Shown one piece after another: positions 37,406 to 50,664 of a stretch of DNA of 64,000 nt. The notes beneath the pieces were generated by a model that made no database searches, was not told where the DNA came from, and worked only from the letters and a program-made list of their open reading frames with translations. Each line of letters begins with the position of its first letter. Position 1 is the stretch's first letter. The stretch covers positions 800,001-864,000 of the forward strand of contig OZ253555.1 in assembly GCA_965262725.1 (NCBI GenBank), given 5' to 3'. The stretch comes from Dehalococcoidia bacterium. Its GTDB lineage: Bacteria; Chloroflexota; Dehalococcoidia; UBA2979. Made by a program: the position numbers and the translations under genes.

Positions 37406-38776
37406 GTGCGCGCCCTCGTCACCGAGGCGTGGCTGGTCGCCTCGGGCGGCCTCGTCCTGATCGGACTCCTGGCGCAGGCCGACGCGATCGTCGTGCTCGG
37501 CGTCCTCCTGCTCGCGTCGGGCGGGCTCTCCCGGCTGTGGTCGCGGCTCGCGCTGGAAGAGCTCTACTACGAGCGGCGGCTCGAGCACACGCGCATCTTC
37601 GTCGGCGAGAGCACGCAGCTCCGCCTCTCGCTCGCCAACCGCAAGCTCCTCCCCGTCCCGTGGCTTGAGGTGCAGGAGCGCTTCGCGACGCCGATGGAGG
37701 TCCTGGGCGGTGCCGTGCACCCCTCCGGCGTCCCGCGGACGGTCGTCCTCTACCGGAACACCTCGCTGGCGCCGAACGAGGAGATCTCGTGGCCGCTCAC
37801 GCTACGCGCCGTGGAGCGCGGCTACTACCGGATCGGCGCCACCAGGCTGCGCTCCGGCGACCTCTTCGGCTTCTTCGATCGCGAGCGCGAGGTCGGGGGC
37901 CGCAGCGCGCTCGTCGTCTATCCGCAGACGGTCCCGCTGCCCCAGCTCACCCTGGTGCACGCCCGCCCGTTCGGGGAGCAGCGCGGCGGACACCCCGTCT
38001 TCGAGGATCCCGAGCGGGTGGTCGGGCTCCGCGACTACCTCCCCGGCGACCCGCTGAAGCGGGTCGACTGGAAGGCGACGGCGCGCGCTGCCCGGCTCGT
38101 CTCCCGGGTCTACGAACCGTCGCGCACGCGGGCGGTGGTGGTCGCGCTCAACATCACCACCCTCCCGGGGAACACCTTCGGCTCGAACCTGCGGCTGCTC
38201 GAGCGCGGCGTCGCCGTCGCGGCGTCGGTGGCCGTGGCCGCGTTCGCGGAGCGCTCGGCGCTGGGCCTCGTCGCCAACGGCTCCTTTCAGGACGCCGACC
38301 GTCCGATCCGGATCGGGGCCGGTCGCTCGCCCGAGCAGCTGAACCGCGTGCTCGAGGCGCTGGCGATGATCTCGGGCTTCACCACGTCGCGGCTCGCCGA
38401 CGAGTTGACCGGACGCGCGCGGGCCCTCCCGGCCGGCGCCACCGTCGTCGTCGTGAGCGCCGTGCTCGACGAGGCGCTCGCCGCGGCGCTGAGGCGACTG
38501 CGGGGAGAGGGGCACGACGTGCTCGTCCTCAAGGTGGCGCCGGGTGAGTGGGAGCACCGTGCGGAGCTCGGACCGATCCGGGTGATCTCCCTCGACCAGC
38601 ACCTCCAGGAGCTGGAGGACAGCGGTGAGATGCGCGTCCCGGAGACCTTGGCGAACTCATTGCCCCTCCCCCCGCCGCCCGGCGGCGAGGGAGGCACCCT
38701 CCCTGATCCGCGTCCCGCCGCGCGGGTCCGGCCGGATCCGGTCAGCACCGTGCGGGACCGGGGGCCGAGGCGGTGA
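37406..38776 (+). CDS. DUF58 domain protein
   Basis: An N-terminal TM pair and GLRDYLPGDPLKRVDWKATAR. Confidence 0.9.
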   Translation: MRALVTEAWLVASGGLVLIGLLAQADAIVVLGVLLLASGGLSRLWSRLALEELYYERRLEHTRIFVGESTQLRLSLANRKLLPVPWLEVQERFATPMEVLGGAVHPSGVPRTVVLYRNTSLAPNEEISWPLTLRAVERGYYRIGATRLRSGDLFGFFDREREVGGRSALVVYPQTVPLPQLTLVHARPFGEQRGGHPVFEDPERVVGLRDYLPGDPLKRVDWKATARAARLVSRVYEPSRTRAVVVALNITTLPGNTFGSNLRLLERGVAVAASVAVAAFAERSALGLVANGSFQDADRPIRIGAGRSPEQLNRVLEALAMISGFTTSRLADELTGRARALPAGATVVVVSAVLDEALAAALRRLRGEGHDVLVLKVAPGEWEHRAELGPIRVISLDQHLQELEDSGEMRVPETLANSLPLPPPPGGEGGTLPDPRPAARVRPDPVSTVRDRGPRR

Positions 38777-40521
38777 GCGGCGAGCGGAGTGTCGGCAGCC
38801 GCGCGGCGTCGATGGGCGCGGCGGTCACGGCGTGGGGGACCCCGCGCTGGCAGCGAACCGCCGCGACCACGCTCTTCCTGCTCACCGAGGCGCTCGCGTG
38901 GTTCGTCGTGCTGCGCGTCCTCGCCACGGCGGTCGAGCGCGCCGCCTACACCGGCCTCGCGGCGGATCTCGAGCTCATGCTGCTGCGCGGCCTTCCGATC
39001 GACCGCGAGGCCACCCTGCGGGCGGCGTCGCTCTTGCGCGACGCGACCGCGAACGTCTCCGCCGGCCCGGCGTGGTGGATCGTCGTGGCGGGGGCTGGCT
39101 CCGCCTTTCTGCTCGCTCACTACGTGACGCGGATCGGCCTGCCGGGCGGGCTCGCGGCCGTGGTCGGCGTCCTCGCCTCGATCCTAGGCCTCAACGCGCT
39201 GGCGCACATCGCGATCGCCGGGGACCTGCAGGTGTGGAGCGGGGCGACGATCTCGCAGTTCCCGTTCGAGGGCGCCCCGGTCGCGGAAGACTATCTCGCC
39301 GACGTGGATCCGGCCCGCGCCGCCGGCGGAGCGCACAGCATGATCGTGCTCGGGATGGTGCTGCTGTGGCTGCGATTCCTCTGGCTCGGACGGTCGCCGG
39401 TTACGTTCGAGAGGGTGATCTGGTCGTTCACGACCGGCTTCATGGCGGTGCTGATCGCGGCGCTGGTCGCAACCGGGCGCGGATCGGCCGGTCCGGGACT
39501 GCTTGCGGTTCTCTACTTCGTGATGGGGATGCTCACGCTCGCGATCTCGAACGCGGCGAGGGCGTCCGCGCAGACGCGGGGGATGGAGCGAAGCGGCCCC
39601 TGGGCCGCCTCGGTCGTCGCCACGGTGGCGCTCCTCGGCATCACGGGGCTCGTCTTCGGCATTCTGACCATCCTCGACGTCGAACGTGTGATCTCGCCGC
39701 TCGGCGGTCTGCTACCCCGCTTCATCTCGTGGCTGCTAGTCTTGATCCTGACGCCGATCTTCTGGCTGCTCGGCATCCTGCTCTCGCCGCTCGCGGGCCT
39801 CCTGAGCGGCATCGACCTGCGCTTCGACGAGGTGTTCCAGGCGATCGGGCGGGCGCTCTTCGTCGATCCGGAGACGCGGGACGAGCTCTCGGACAACCGC
39901 CCGCCGGCGTGGCTGCGCGAGGGCGCGAGGCTGCTCGCCGCAGCGGCCATCATCGCCGGCCTCTACTTCGGCGGGAGGCTCCTGTTCCGCCGCGTCCGGA
40001 AGTCACGGCGGCGTGAGGCGGGCTACGACGAGCTGCGCTCGACGTCCGAGGGGGCGGGGGTCGGGCTCGGCGCCCTCTTGCGCTCGGTCCTGCCGCGCTC
40101 CCGCGCCGACGGCGGGTCGGCGGGCTGGCTGCGCGGGGAGGCCATCTATCGCCTCTACGCCCGCTTCGCCGCCGCCGCGCGGGAGCGCGGGTTCCCGAGA
40201 CGCGCCGGCGAGACGCCCCTGGAGTACGCCGAGGCCGCGAGCCGGGTCTTCGCCACGTCGCACTTCCGGGACGTCGCCCTGTTCTTCGACGGCGCCCGCT
40301 ACGGTCGCCACTACCCCGAGGCGGCGCGCGTCGCGGCGCTCGACGCCGAGCTCGAGCGTTGGGAGGTCGCAAACCCGGCCACCGACGAACTGCGCAGCCG
40401 CGTCGGGCGCAAGGGCCTGGCGGGGCCGGAACTCGACTCACGCGGCCGCGAGCACGCGGTCGCTCCCACCTTCGAAGAGCCGGCCCTCCCGGCGGGGACG
40501 GACTTCCCGGAGCGCATCTAA
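38773..40521 (+). CDS. Multi-pass membrane protein with C-terminal DUF4129
   Basis: Many TM segments and the C-terminal IYRLY...GFPRRAGETPLEY...ARYG signature. Confidence 0.8.
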   Translation: MSGERSVGSRAASMGAAVTAWGTPRWQRTAATTLFLLTEALAWFVVLRVLATAVERAAYTGLAADLELMLLRGLPIDREATLRAASLLRDATANVSAGPAWWIVVAGAGSAFLLAHYVTRIGLPGGLAAVVGVLASILGLNALAHIAIAGDLQVWSGATISQFPFEGAPVAEDYLADVDPARAAGGAHSMIVLGMVLLWLRFLWLGRSPVTFERVIWSFTTGFMAVLIAALVATGRGSAGPGLLAVLYFVMGMLTLAISNAARASAQTRGMERSGPWAASVVATVALLGITGLVFGILTILDVERVISPLGGLLPRFISWLLVLILTPIFWLLGILLSPLAGLLSGIDLRFDEVFQAIGRALFVDPETRDELSDNRPPAWLREGARLLAAAAIIAGLYFGGRLLFRRVRKSRRREAGYDELRSTSEGAGVGLGALLRSVLPRSRADGGSAGWLRGEAIYRLYARFAAAARERGFPRRAGETPLEYAEAASRVFATSHFRDVALFFDGARYGRHYPEAARVAALDAELERWEVANPATDELRSRVGRKGLAGPELDSRGREHAVAPTFEEPALPAGTDFPERI

Positions 40522-40599
40522 GAGAACTCCCCGCGTCCCGGCGCGGCCGGGGTGCTACGCTGGGACCGAGCGGCGGGGAGGAGCGACCGCGGGGTTGTC

Positions 40600-41463
40600 A
40601 TGACCACCACCGTCGGCATCCTCGACTCCGGTGTCGGGGGTCTGACCGTTGCCGCCGCGCTACATCGTTTGCTCCCCGCTCTTCCCATCTGCTACGTCGC
40701 CGACACCGCCGCCTTCCCCTACGGCGACCGTTCCGAACCCGGCGTCACGGAGCGCGTGCTCGCCATCGGCGGATGGCTGGTCGACGAGGGGTGTGGGCTC
40801 CTCGTCGTTGCGTGCAACACGGCCTCTTCCGCGGCGCTCGAGGCGCTGCGCGTGCGCGTCGCCGTTCCGGTCGTCGGGATGGAGCCGCCGCTCAAACCCG
40901 CCGTGGAGGCGAGCGCGACGGGGCGCGTGGCGGTGCTCGCGACGCCCGTCACGGCGCGCGGCGCGCGCCTGGCGCGGCTCGAGCGCGTCCACGGGGGCGG
41001 TGCGCGCGTCGAGACGGTGCCGATGCCCGGCCTCGCGGACCTCGTGGAGCGAGGCGTCGTGGATAGTGCCGAGGTCAGGCGCGTGCTGCGGTCCTCGCTC
41101 GCGGGGCCGCTCGCCCGCGGCGTCGACGTGATCGCGCTGGGCTGCACCCACTACGGGTTCCTGCGCCAGGCTCTCGGCCGCGTGCTCCCTCCCGGCGTGC
41201 GGGCGCTCGACGCGGCGGAGCCGGTGGCGCGCCGCTGCCGGGAGCTCCTCGCGGAGTCCGGCGGGTTGCCGGCCGAGGCGGCGGCCGAAGTGGCGGTAGA
41301 CTGCTCGGCGACGGGTGACGTGAGCGCGCTGGCGGCGGCTCTCGGCCGGCTGCTGGATTCAGGCGCCGAGCTGCCGCCGCTCGAGCTGAGGGAGGATCCC
41401 CTCCCGCTCCCGGTTGGCGACGGGGTCGGCCCGGGCCTCTCATCAGGATTGGGGACGCGATGA
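40600..41463 (+). CDS. murI: Glutamate racemase
   Basis: GILDSGVGGLTV, PYG, VACNTAS and LGCTHY. Confidence 0.95.
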   Translation: MTTTVGILDSGVGGLTVAAALHRLLPALPICYVADTAAFPYGDRSEPGVTERVLAIGGWLVDEGCGLLVVACNTASSAALEALRVRVAVPVVGMEPPLKPAVEASATGRVAVLATPVTARGARLARLERVHGGGARVETVPMPGLADLVERGVVDSAEVRRVLRSSLAGPLARGVDVIALGCTHYGFLRQALGRVLPPGVRALDAAEPVARRCRELLAESGGLPAEAAAEVAVDCSATGDVSALAAALGRLLDSGAELPPLELREDPLPLPVGDGVGPGLSSGLGTR

Positions 41464-42284
41464 GCTTCCGCGAGAAGTACGAGGCGGCCTCGAGTGCGCA
41501 CCGCTCGCTGCTGTGCATCGGGCTCGATCCCGACGAGTCCCGGCTGCCGGCGGGCGTTCCCGTCGCCCGCTATCTCCAGCACATCGTCGAGGCGACCGCC
41601 GACCTCGCCTGCTGCTTCAAGCCCAACGCGGCGTTCTTCGAGCCACGCGGCGCTGCAGGCTGGCGGGATCTGCGAGCGACCATCGACGCCGTGCCCCGTG
41701 GTGTGCCTGTGCTGCTCGACGCCAAGCGTGGTGATGTCGGATCCACGGCGGTCGCCTACTCCCGCGCCGTCTTCGAGGCGCTGGGTGCCGACGCCGTCAC
41801 CCTCAATCCGTGGGGCGGGAGCGACGCCGTCGAGCCGTTCCTCGCCTACGAGGACCGGCATTCGTTCATCTGGTGCCGTTCCTCCAATCCCGGGGGTGGC
41901 GAGCTGCAGGACGTCGAGCTCGCCGACGGGGGCCTGCTCTACGAGCGGGTGGCCTCGCTGGCGGTGGGCTGGAACACGCGGGGCAACGTCGGACTCGTCG
42001 CCGGCGCAACCTACCCCGAACAGGCGGCGCGCCTGCGTGAGCTCGCTCCGGAGCTGCTGCTGCTGATCCCGGGTGTCGGCGCCCAGCAGGGTGCGGTGGC
42101 CAAAGCTGTGCGCGCGGCTGCGGACGCGGGCGGCGGCGGGATCCTCGTGGCGGCGTCGAGAAGCGTGCTCTACGCGGGGGAGGCGGCCGGTGCGCGCGAC
42201 CTGGCCGGCTACGTCGAGGCCGCCCGGGCGGCGGCGACGACGCTCCGCGACGAGATCGAGGCCGCCCGCCCGGTCCACGCCTGA
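41460..42284 (+). CDS. pyrF: Orotidine-5'-phosphate decarboxylase
   Basis: CIGLDP, FKPNAAFFE, LDAKRGDVGST, PGVGAQ and SRSVLYA. Confidence 0.95.
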   Translation: MSFREKYEAASSAHRSLLCIGLDPDESRLPAGVPVARYLQHIVEATADLACCFKPNAAFFEPRGAAGWRDLRATIDAVPRGVPVLLDAKRGDVGSTAVAYSRAVFEALGADAVTLNPWGGSDAVEPFLAYEDRHSFIWCRSSNPGGGELQDVELADGGLLYERVASLAVGWNTRGNVGLVAGATYPEQAARLRELAPELLLLIPGVGAQQGAVAKAVRAAADAGGGGILVAASRSVLYAGEAAGARDLAGYVEAARAAATTLRDEIEAARPVHA

Positions 42285-42492
42285 GGCGGAGCACGCGCCG
42301 GCACCCTCCCTGATCCGGGGGGCGCTCCCCGTTGGCCGCCCGGGGAGTGTCGGTGGCGCGGCGCGCGTTGACTCGCCGATCCGGCGACTCCTACACTCGA
42401 AACGGCGATGCGGGAGGCATTCCCAGCCGAGCCCGCTGGGGCCGGTCGGGACGCCGGGTCGGAGTCGGGTCACCGAGCCGAGGGGTCGTGCC

Positions 42493-43035
42493 GTGATCGA
42501 GCTCGTGATCGACAGCATCCGCGTGAGCCTGCGCCATTTCCAGCGCGTCGTGATCCTGCGCGAGAAGGAGGAGGGCCGCTTCCTCCCGATCTGGATCGGC
42601 GCCGACGTGGCGGAGGCGATCGCCCTGAGGCTGCAGGATGTCGCGGTACCTCGCCCTCAGACACACGACCTGCTGCACACGGTGATCAAGGACCTGGGCG
42701 GCAGCGTGCGATCGGTCGTCGTCAACGACCTCTTGAACGACACGTTCTACGCGCGCATTCACGTGGAGCAGGATGGCCGCGTCACGGAGGTCGACTCGCG
42801 TCCCTCGGATGCGATTGCCATAGCGGTGCGTGCCCAGGTCCCGATCTTCGTTGAAGAGTCGGTTCTCGACCGCGCTGGCGTGGTCCTCGACGCGGAGGGG
42901 CAGCCGGTCGAGGGGGAGGCGGGCACCGCGCACCGCGCCCGCGTCACGCAGGAGGAACTGAAGCGCCTCTCGGCGTTCACGGACTTCGTCTCGGAGCTCG
43001 ATCTCGACGACTTCGACGAGCGCGCGTCGAGCTGA
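42493..43035 (+). CDS. Bifunctional nuclease-family protein (DUF151)
   Basis: LPIWIG, PRPQTHDL, TFYARI and DSRPSDAIAIA. Confidence 0.92.
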   Translation: MIELVIDSIRVSLRHFQRVVILREKEEGRFLPIWIGADVAEAIALRLQDVAVPRPQTHDLLHTVIKDLGGSVRSVVVNDLLNDTFYARIHVEQDGRVTEVDSRPSDAIAIAVRAQVPIFVEESVLDRAGVVLDAEGQPVEGEAGTAHRARVTQEELKRLSAFTDFVSELDLDDFDERASS

Positions 43036-43077
43036 ACGCCGCATCTCGCCGCTGGCCGGGGGCCACGTCCGCCCGGT

Positions 43078-43128
43078 TCGTTACTGGCATCACAAGTTAT
43101 TGATCGGCCGATCAGGTCGTGTTAGAGT
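43078..43128 (+). promoter_or_regulatory. atp operon promoter with candidate operator sites
   Basis: TTGATC (43100-43105), 17 nt, TAGAGT (43123-43128) with an extended TGn. Palindrome TGATCGGCCGATCA at 43101-43114. Rex-like TCGTTACTGGCATCACAA at 43078-43095. Confidence 0.6.
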
Positions 43129-43155
43129 CCCCGCGGTCCCGGAGGGCGGAATCCT

Positions 43156-43419
43156 GTGTGGGCTTCGCCGGCGCTCGGGCTGGTAGGGATCGGTTTCTAC
43201 CTCGCGACATCGATCGTGGGGTTGACGTTCGTGGGGAGTCTGCTGGACGGGCATTTCGCGACGAGGCCGGTCCTCACGCTTGTCTTTCTGGTGCTGGGGC
43301 TTCTGGTGGGATTCGTGGGGGCATACGGGCAGTTGAAGGACGTGATCGCGCGCGCCTCCCACACGCCACAGAACGGTGGCGACGGCGGTGGCGAGCCGCG
43401 CGGGGGTGACCGCCCATGA
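43156..43419 (+). CDS. AtpZ/AtpI-family small membrane protein
   Basis: Two TMs with a GxxLD...P loop. First gene of the atp operon, coupled to atpB by ATGA. Confidence 0.8.
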   Translation: MWASPALGLVGIGFYLATSIVGLTFVGSLLDGHFATRPVLTLVFLVLGLLVGFVGAYGQLKDVIARASHTPQNGGDGGGEPRGGDRP

Positions 43420-44411
43420 GGGGCGTGCTGATCGCCCTGCTGGCGGTGGCGGTCCTCGCGGTCGGGATGCTCGTCCTCACACCGCCCCCCCCCGCGATCA
43501 TAGTGGCGCCCGAGACGGTCTTCCATCTCGGACCGCTCGACGTCACCAACACGATGTTCACGTCGTGGGTCGTCCTGGCGCTGATGACGATCGTGGCGAT
43601 CGTCGCGGCGCGCGGCTTCTCGGTCGTGCCGTCCGGTTTCAGCGGCGCCGTCGAGGCGGCGGTCGGCGGCTTCTACAACGTCGTCATCGGGGTCGTGGGC
43701 GAGAAGAAGGGCCGCCGCTTCTTTTGGGTGATCAGCACGATCTTCTTCTGGGTGCTGCTCAACAATTACATGGGACTGCTGCCGGGGAACCTCTACGTCG
43801 GCGTCCCCGAGCCGGGCCACGGCGACACGCAGGCCGTCTTCGAGCAGGCCTCGCTCCTCGGCGTCGACGTCGCGTTCATCCCGCTCGGCGCCGAGTCGGT
43901 CGATGTGGGGGCCGGCGAGGAGCCGATCCACGCCGAGGGGAGCGGCGATCCGTTCTCCGGCATCATCGCGCCCCTGCTGCGTTCAGTGATGACCGACGTG
44001 AACGCGCCGCTCGCGATCGCCATCTTCTCCTTCATCTTCGTGGAGTACTGGGGGATCTCGACACTGGGGGTCGGCTACCTCGGGAAGTTCTTCAACGTCC
44101 GGCGCCTGCTGCGCGGCAACCCGATGGGCCTGATCGACGTCTTCGTCGGCATCCTCGAGCTCATATCGGAGTTCATCCGCGTCGTCTCGTTCACCTTCCG
44201 TCTCTTCGGCAACATCTTCGCCGGCGAGGTGCTGATCGTGATGATGAGTTTCCTGGTGCCGCTGTTGCTGGTCACCGTGTTCTATGGCCTGGAGCTCTTC
44301 GTGGGGCTGATCCAGGCCTTCGTGTTCGCGATGCTCACGCTGGTGTTTGCTCAGATGGCGGTCGCACACCACGGCGACGGCGATGAGGGGCACGAGGCGG
44401 CCGGCCACTAG
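43416..44411 (+). CDS. atpB: ATP synthase Fo subunit a
   Basis: NYMGLLPG, SFTFRLFGNIFAGE and IQAFVFAMLT. Confidence 0.96.
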   Translation: MRGVLIALLAVAVLAVGMLVLTPPPPAIIVAPETVFHLGPLDVTNTMFTSWVVLALMTIVAIVAARGFSVVPSGFSGAVEAAVGGFYNVVIGVVGEKKGRRFFWVISTIFFWVLLNNYMGLLPGNLYVGVPEPGHGDTQAVFEQASLLGVDVAFIPLGAESVDVGAGEEPIHAEGSGDPFSGIIAPLLRSVMTDVNAPLAIAIFSFIFVEYWGISTLGVGYLGKFFNVRRLLRGNPMGLIDVFVGILELISEFIRVVSFTFRLFGNIFAGEVLIVMMSFLVPLLLVTVFYGLELFVGLIQAFVFAMLTLVFAQMAVAHHGDGDEGHEAAGH

Positions 44412-44466
44412 AGCGGCCGCGGCCCGGCGGGGGATGATGTCGGAGGTCGGCGGGGGAAGGCTGTAG

Positions 44467-44853
<387 letters not shown>

Positions 44854-44918
44854 AGGCGGTCCCGCCGTCAGCCGGCCGCCGTCGGGCGGCCGGCCCGGGG
44901 GGTGCGAGAGGGGCGCAG

Positions 44919-45536
44919 GTGCCACGCTTCATACGTGTGCTCGGGCTGTCGGCGCTGCTCGCGACGTTCGCATGGACTCTGCAGTCCGGAACCGGTGTCG
45001 CGTACGCTGCCGAGGAAGGCGGGGGCGGCATCGCCGCGCTCGGATTCAACCTGCCCGGGCTGATCGCGCAACTCATCAACTTCGGTCTGCTGCTGCTCAT
45101 CCTCAGGCTCTTCCTCTACCGGCCCCTGATGCGGGTGCTGGACGAGCGCAAGCGACGGATCCAGGAAGGCCTGGACCGCGCCGAGCAGGCGGCTGAGCAG
45201 GCGCAGGCCTCCGAGGGCGAGGCACGTCGCCTGACCGAGGAGGCGCGCGAGGAGGCACGCGAGATCGTGGCCCGCTCGCAGGAGACGGCGCAGCGCCTGC
45301 GCGAGGAGCTCGAGCAGCGTGCGCGTGCCGAGTCCGAGCAGATCGTGTCGAGTGCCCGTCAGGAGATCGAGCGGGAGCGGGATCAGGTGATCGAGTCGCT
45401 GCGCGGCGAGTTCGCCGACCTGACGATCCAGGCCGCGGAGCGTGTGATCGGCCAGGCGCTCGATCGGGACGCGCACCAGCGCCTGATCGACGAGGTCATC
45501 GTCTCGAGCGAGTTCGGACGGGGTCCCGACAATTAG
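44919..45536 (+). CDS. atpF: ATP synthase Fo subunit b with N-terminal extension
   Basis: LIAQLINFGLLLLILRLFLYRPL..LDER followed by a coiled coil. Confidence 0.95.
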   Translation: MPRFIRVLGLSALLATFAWTLQSGTGVAYAAEEGGGGIAALGFNLPGLIAQLINFGLLLLILRLFLYRPLMRVLDERKRRIQEGLDRAEQAAEQAQASEGEARRLTEEAREEAREIVARSQETAQRLREELEQRARAESEQIVSSARQEIERERDQVIESLRGEFADLTIQAAERVIGQALDRDAHQRLIDEVIVSSEFGRGPDN

Positions 45537-45578
45537 CACTATCGCGACCGGCGGTGTCCGCAGGGGGGCGGTGACACC

Positions 45579-46124
45579 GTGGCGGTGACGCGTGACGTCG
45601 CCGGACGGCGCTACGCCGCTGCGGTCGCCGATCTCGCGCGCGAGCACGGCGACTGGGAGACGTGGGCTGGCGCGCTGGAGACGTTGGCGCTCCTCACGCA
45701 GGATCCCGGATCCGTCGCTGCGCTCGCCGCCGAGGATGTCGGTGACGACCGCTTCCTTCAGATCATGTGGGAGGCGGTCCCTGAGGCCGGGCCGCTTCAG
45801 GTCAACCTCTTCCGCCTCCTGAGACAGAAGCGGCGCCTCGCGCTGGGCCCCTCGATCGCGTCGTACTTCTCTGAGATCTGGGACTCGGAGCGCGACGTCG
45901 TACGCGCCGAGCTGCGGACGGCCGTGGCGGTTCCTGAGGAGCGACGGGAGAGGATCGCCGCCGACCTGGCGGAGCGTCGTGGCGGGGGCACGGTGGTGCT
46001 GGCCGCGACGGTGGACCCGGAGCTCTTGGGCGGCGCCGTCGTTCGCGTCGGCGACCAGCTGATCGACGGTTCAACCCGCACACGGTTGCGCGCCCTTCGC
46101 GCGCGGCTCGTGGCGGGCGGGTAG
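45579..46124 (+). CDS. atpH: ATP synthase F1 subunit delta
   Basis: RRYAAA and [21 protein letters not shown]. Confidence 0.93.
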   Translation: MAVTRDVAGRRYAAAVADLAREHGDWETWAGALETLALLTQDPGSVAALAAEDVGDDRFLQIMWEAVPEAGPLQVNLFRLLRQKRRLALGPSIASYFSEIWDSERDVVRAELRTAVAVPEERRERIAADLAERRGGGTVVLAATVDPELLGGAVVRVGDQLIDGSTRTRLRALRARLVAGG

Positions 46125-46191
46125 GAGCGATGACGGCGGCGCGCGCCGGGGAGCGGCGCACCGGGTACCTCAAGCGTGGGTGGAGGAACTG

Positions 46192-47703
46192 ATGGCGACA
46201 CGTGCGGACGAGATCGCGGCGATCCTCAGGCGCCAGATCGAGGGCTTCGATCAGGGGGTGACGGAGACCAACGTCGGCACCGTGATCGAGGCCTCGGACG
46301 GCATTGCGCGCATCCACGGGCTGCAGCGCTGTGTCTCATCGGAGCTGATCGAATTCGCGAGCGGCGTGCGCGGCCTCGCGCTCAACCTCGAGGAAGAGAC
46401 GGTCGGTGCGATCGTCCTCGGCGACCACACCGAGATCGCCGAGGGCGACGAGGTGCGGACGACCGGTCAGGTCGCCTCCGTCCCGGTCGGTGATGCCCTC
46501 CTTGGCCGCGTGGTCAACGCGCTCGGCGATCCCATCGACGAGCGCGGCCCGGTGGCGACGAGCGACAGGCAACCCGTCGAGCGCATCGCCCCCAACGTGG
46601 TCTCACGCAAGAGCGTCAACGTGCCGCTGCAGACGGGCGTGAAGGCGATCGACGCGATGATCCCGATCGGTCGTGGCCAGCGTGAACTGATCATTGGCGA
46701 TCGCTCCACGGGGAAGAGCGCGATTGCCATCGACGCCATCATCAACCAGCGCGGCACGGGCGTGATCTGCGTCTACGTCGCCATCGGCCAGAAGGACTCG
46801 AAGGTGGCGCAGACCGTCGCCACCCTTGAGGAACACGGCGCGATGGAGCACACCATCGTCGTCGTGTCGTCCGCGTCGGAGTCGGCGGCGCTCCAGTATC
46901 TCGCGCCGTATGCCGGCTGCGCGATGGCCGAGAACTTCATGGAGCAGGGCCGGGACGTGCTGATCGTCTACGATGACCTCTCCAAGCACGCCTGGGCCTA
47001 CCGGCAGGTCTCGTTGCTCCTGCGCCGCCCTCCCGGCCGCGAGGCCTACCCCGGCGATGTCTTCTACCTCCACTCGCGGCTGCTCGAGCGCGCGGCGCGG
47101 ATGGACGAGGAGCACGGTGGCGGCTCGGTGACCGCGCTCCCGATCATCGAGACGCAGGCCGGCGACGTCTCCGCCTATATCCCGACCAACGTGATCTCGA
47201 TCACCGACGGGCAGATCATCCTCGAGCTGGACCTCTTCAACGCCGGGCAGAGGCCGGCGACCAATCCCGGTATCTCGGTGTCACGTGTGGGGGGCTCCGC
47301 GCAGACGCGCGCGATGAAGTCGGTGGCCGGCACCCTGCGCCTCGATCTCTCGCAGTACCGGGAGCTTCAGGCGTTCGCTCAGTTCGGCACGGAGGATCTG
47401 GACGCCGCGACCAGGCGCCAGCTGGAGCGCGGTGCCCGGCTCACGGAGCTCCTCAAGCAGCCGCAGTACGCGCCGCAGTCCCTCGCACAGCAGGTGACGA
47501 TCCTTTTCGCGGGGACGCGCGGCCTGCTCGACGACGTCCCGGTGGAGAAGATCGGCGACTTCGAGCGCGTCTTCCACGAGCACATGGCGGCGAGTCATCA
47601 GCCGATCATCGAGACGATCAACGAGACGGGCGAGATCTCCGACGAGGTCGGGGCCGAGCTGACCGAGGCGATCCGGAACTTCAAGACGACGGTCGCCTAC
47701 TAG
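46192..47703 (+). CDS. atpA: ATP synthase F1 subunit alpha
   Basis: [17 protein letters not shown] and [23 protein letters not shown]. Confidence 0.98.
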   Translation: MATRADEIAAILRRQIEGFDQGVTETNVGTVIEASDGIARIHGLQRCVSSELIEFASGVRGLALNLEEETVGAIVLGDHTEIAEGDEVRTTGQVASVPVGDALLGRVVNALGDPIDERGPVATSDRQPVERIAPNVVSRKSVNVPLQTGVKAIDAMIPIGRGQRELIIGDRSTGKSAIAIDAIINQRGTGVICVYVAIGQKDSKVAQTVATLEEHGAMEHTIVVVSSASESAALQYLAPYAGCAMAENFMEQGRDVLIVYDDLSKHAWAYRQVSLLLRRPPGREAYPGDVFYLHSRLLERAARMDEEHGGGSVTALPIIETQAGDVSAYIPTNVISITDGQIILELDLFNAGQRPATNPGISVSRVGGSAQTRAMKSVAGTLRLDLSQYRELQAFAQFGTEDLDAATRRQLERGARLTELLKQPQYAPQSLAQQVTILFAGTRGLLDDVPVEKIGDFERVFHEHMAASHQPIIETINETGEISDEVGAELTEAIRNFKTTVAY

Positions 47704-47758
47704 CCGGTCGGGCCGGGTGACCGGCGCGGTCAGGCAGCGGGAGAGGATGTAGCCGAAG

Positions 47759-50091
<2,333 letters not shown>

Positions 50092-50121
50092 CCTCCGCCG
50101 CGCGGGACGAGGGGAGAGCGC

Positions 50122-50538
50122 GTGCCGCTCAGCCTGAACGTTGTCACCCCGGAGCGAACGCTGCTCGCGCGTGAGGACGTGGCGCGGATCACCGCGCCCG
50201 CCACCGAGGGCCAGATCACGATCCTGCCCCGGCATGCAGCGCTGATGACGAGCCTCGGCATCGGTGAACTGACAGTCGTGACGTCCGAGGGCCCGATGGA
50301 CATGGCGGTATACGGCGGCTTCCTGCAGGTCTCCGACAACCACGTGAGCCTGCTCGCCGATACCGCGGAGCGCGCCGACGAGATCGACGAGGAGCGGGCC
50401 GAGGCCGCTCGCCGACGGGCCGCGGAACGCATGGCCGGCCCCCGCGATGCCGCCGAAGCGGTCGATCTCCTCAGGGCGCAGGCCGCGCTCAGGCGGGCGC
50501 TGCTGCGCCTCCGTGTACGCCGACACCGCTCCGGGTAG
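50122..50538 (+). CDS. atpC: ATP synthase F1 subunit epsilon
   Basis: VVTPER, GQITILPRH, GGFLQV and a C-terminal helical hairpin. Confidence 0.95.
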   Translation: MPLSLNVVTPERTLLAREDVARITAPATEGQITILPRHAALMTSLGIGELTVVTSEGPMDMAVYGGFLQVSDNHVSLLADTAERADEIDEERAEAARRRAAERMAGPRDAAEAVDLLRAQAALRRALLRLRVRRHRSG

Positions 50539-50664
50539 GGCCTCCCCCGCCGAGCGCTAACCGCTGCCGCGGCTGACGGAGCAGCCGGCGGCGCGCCGGC
50601 GCGCCGCTCCCCGATGACCGCCGACGGCGCTACCCGATTGCGCCAAAGTCCGTATCCTCGGGGT

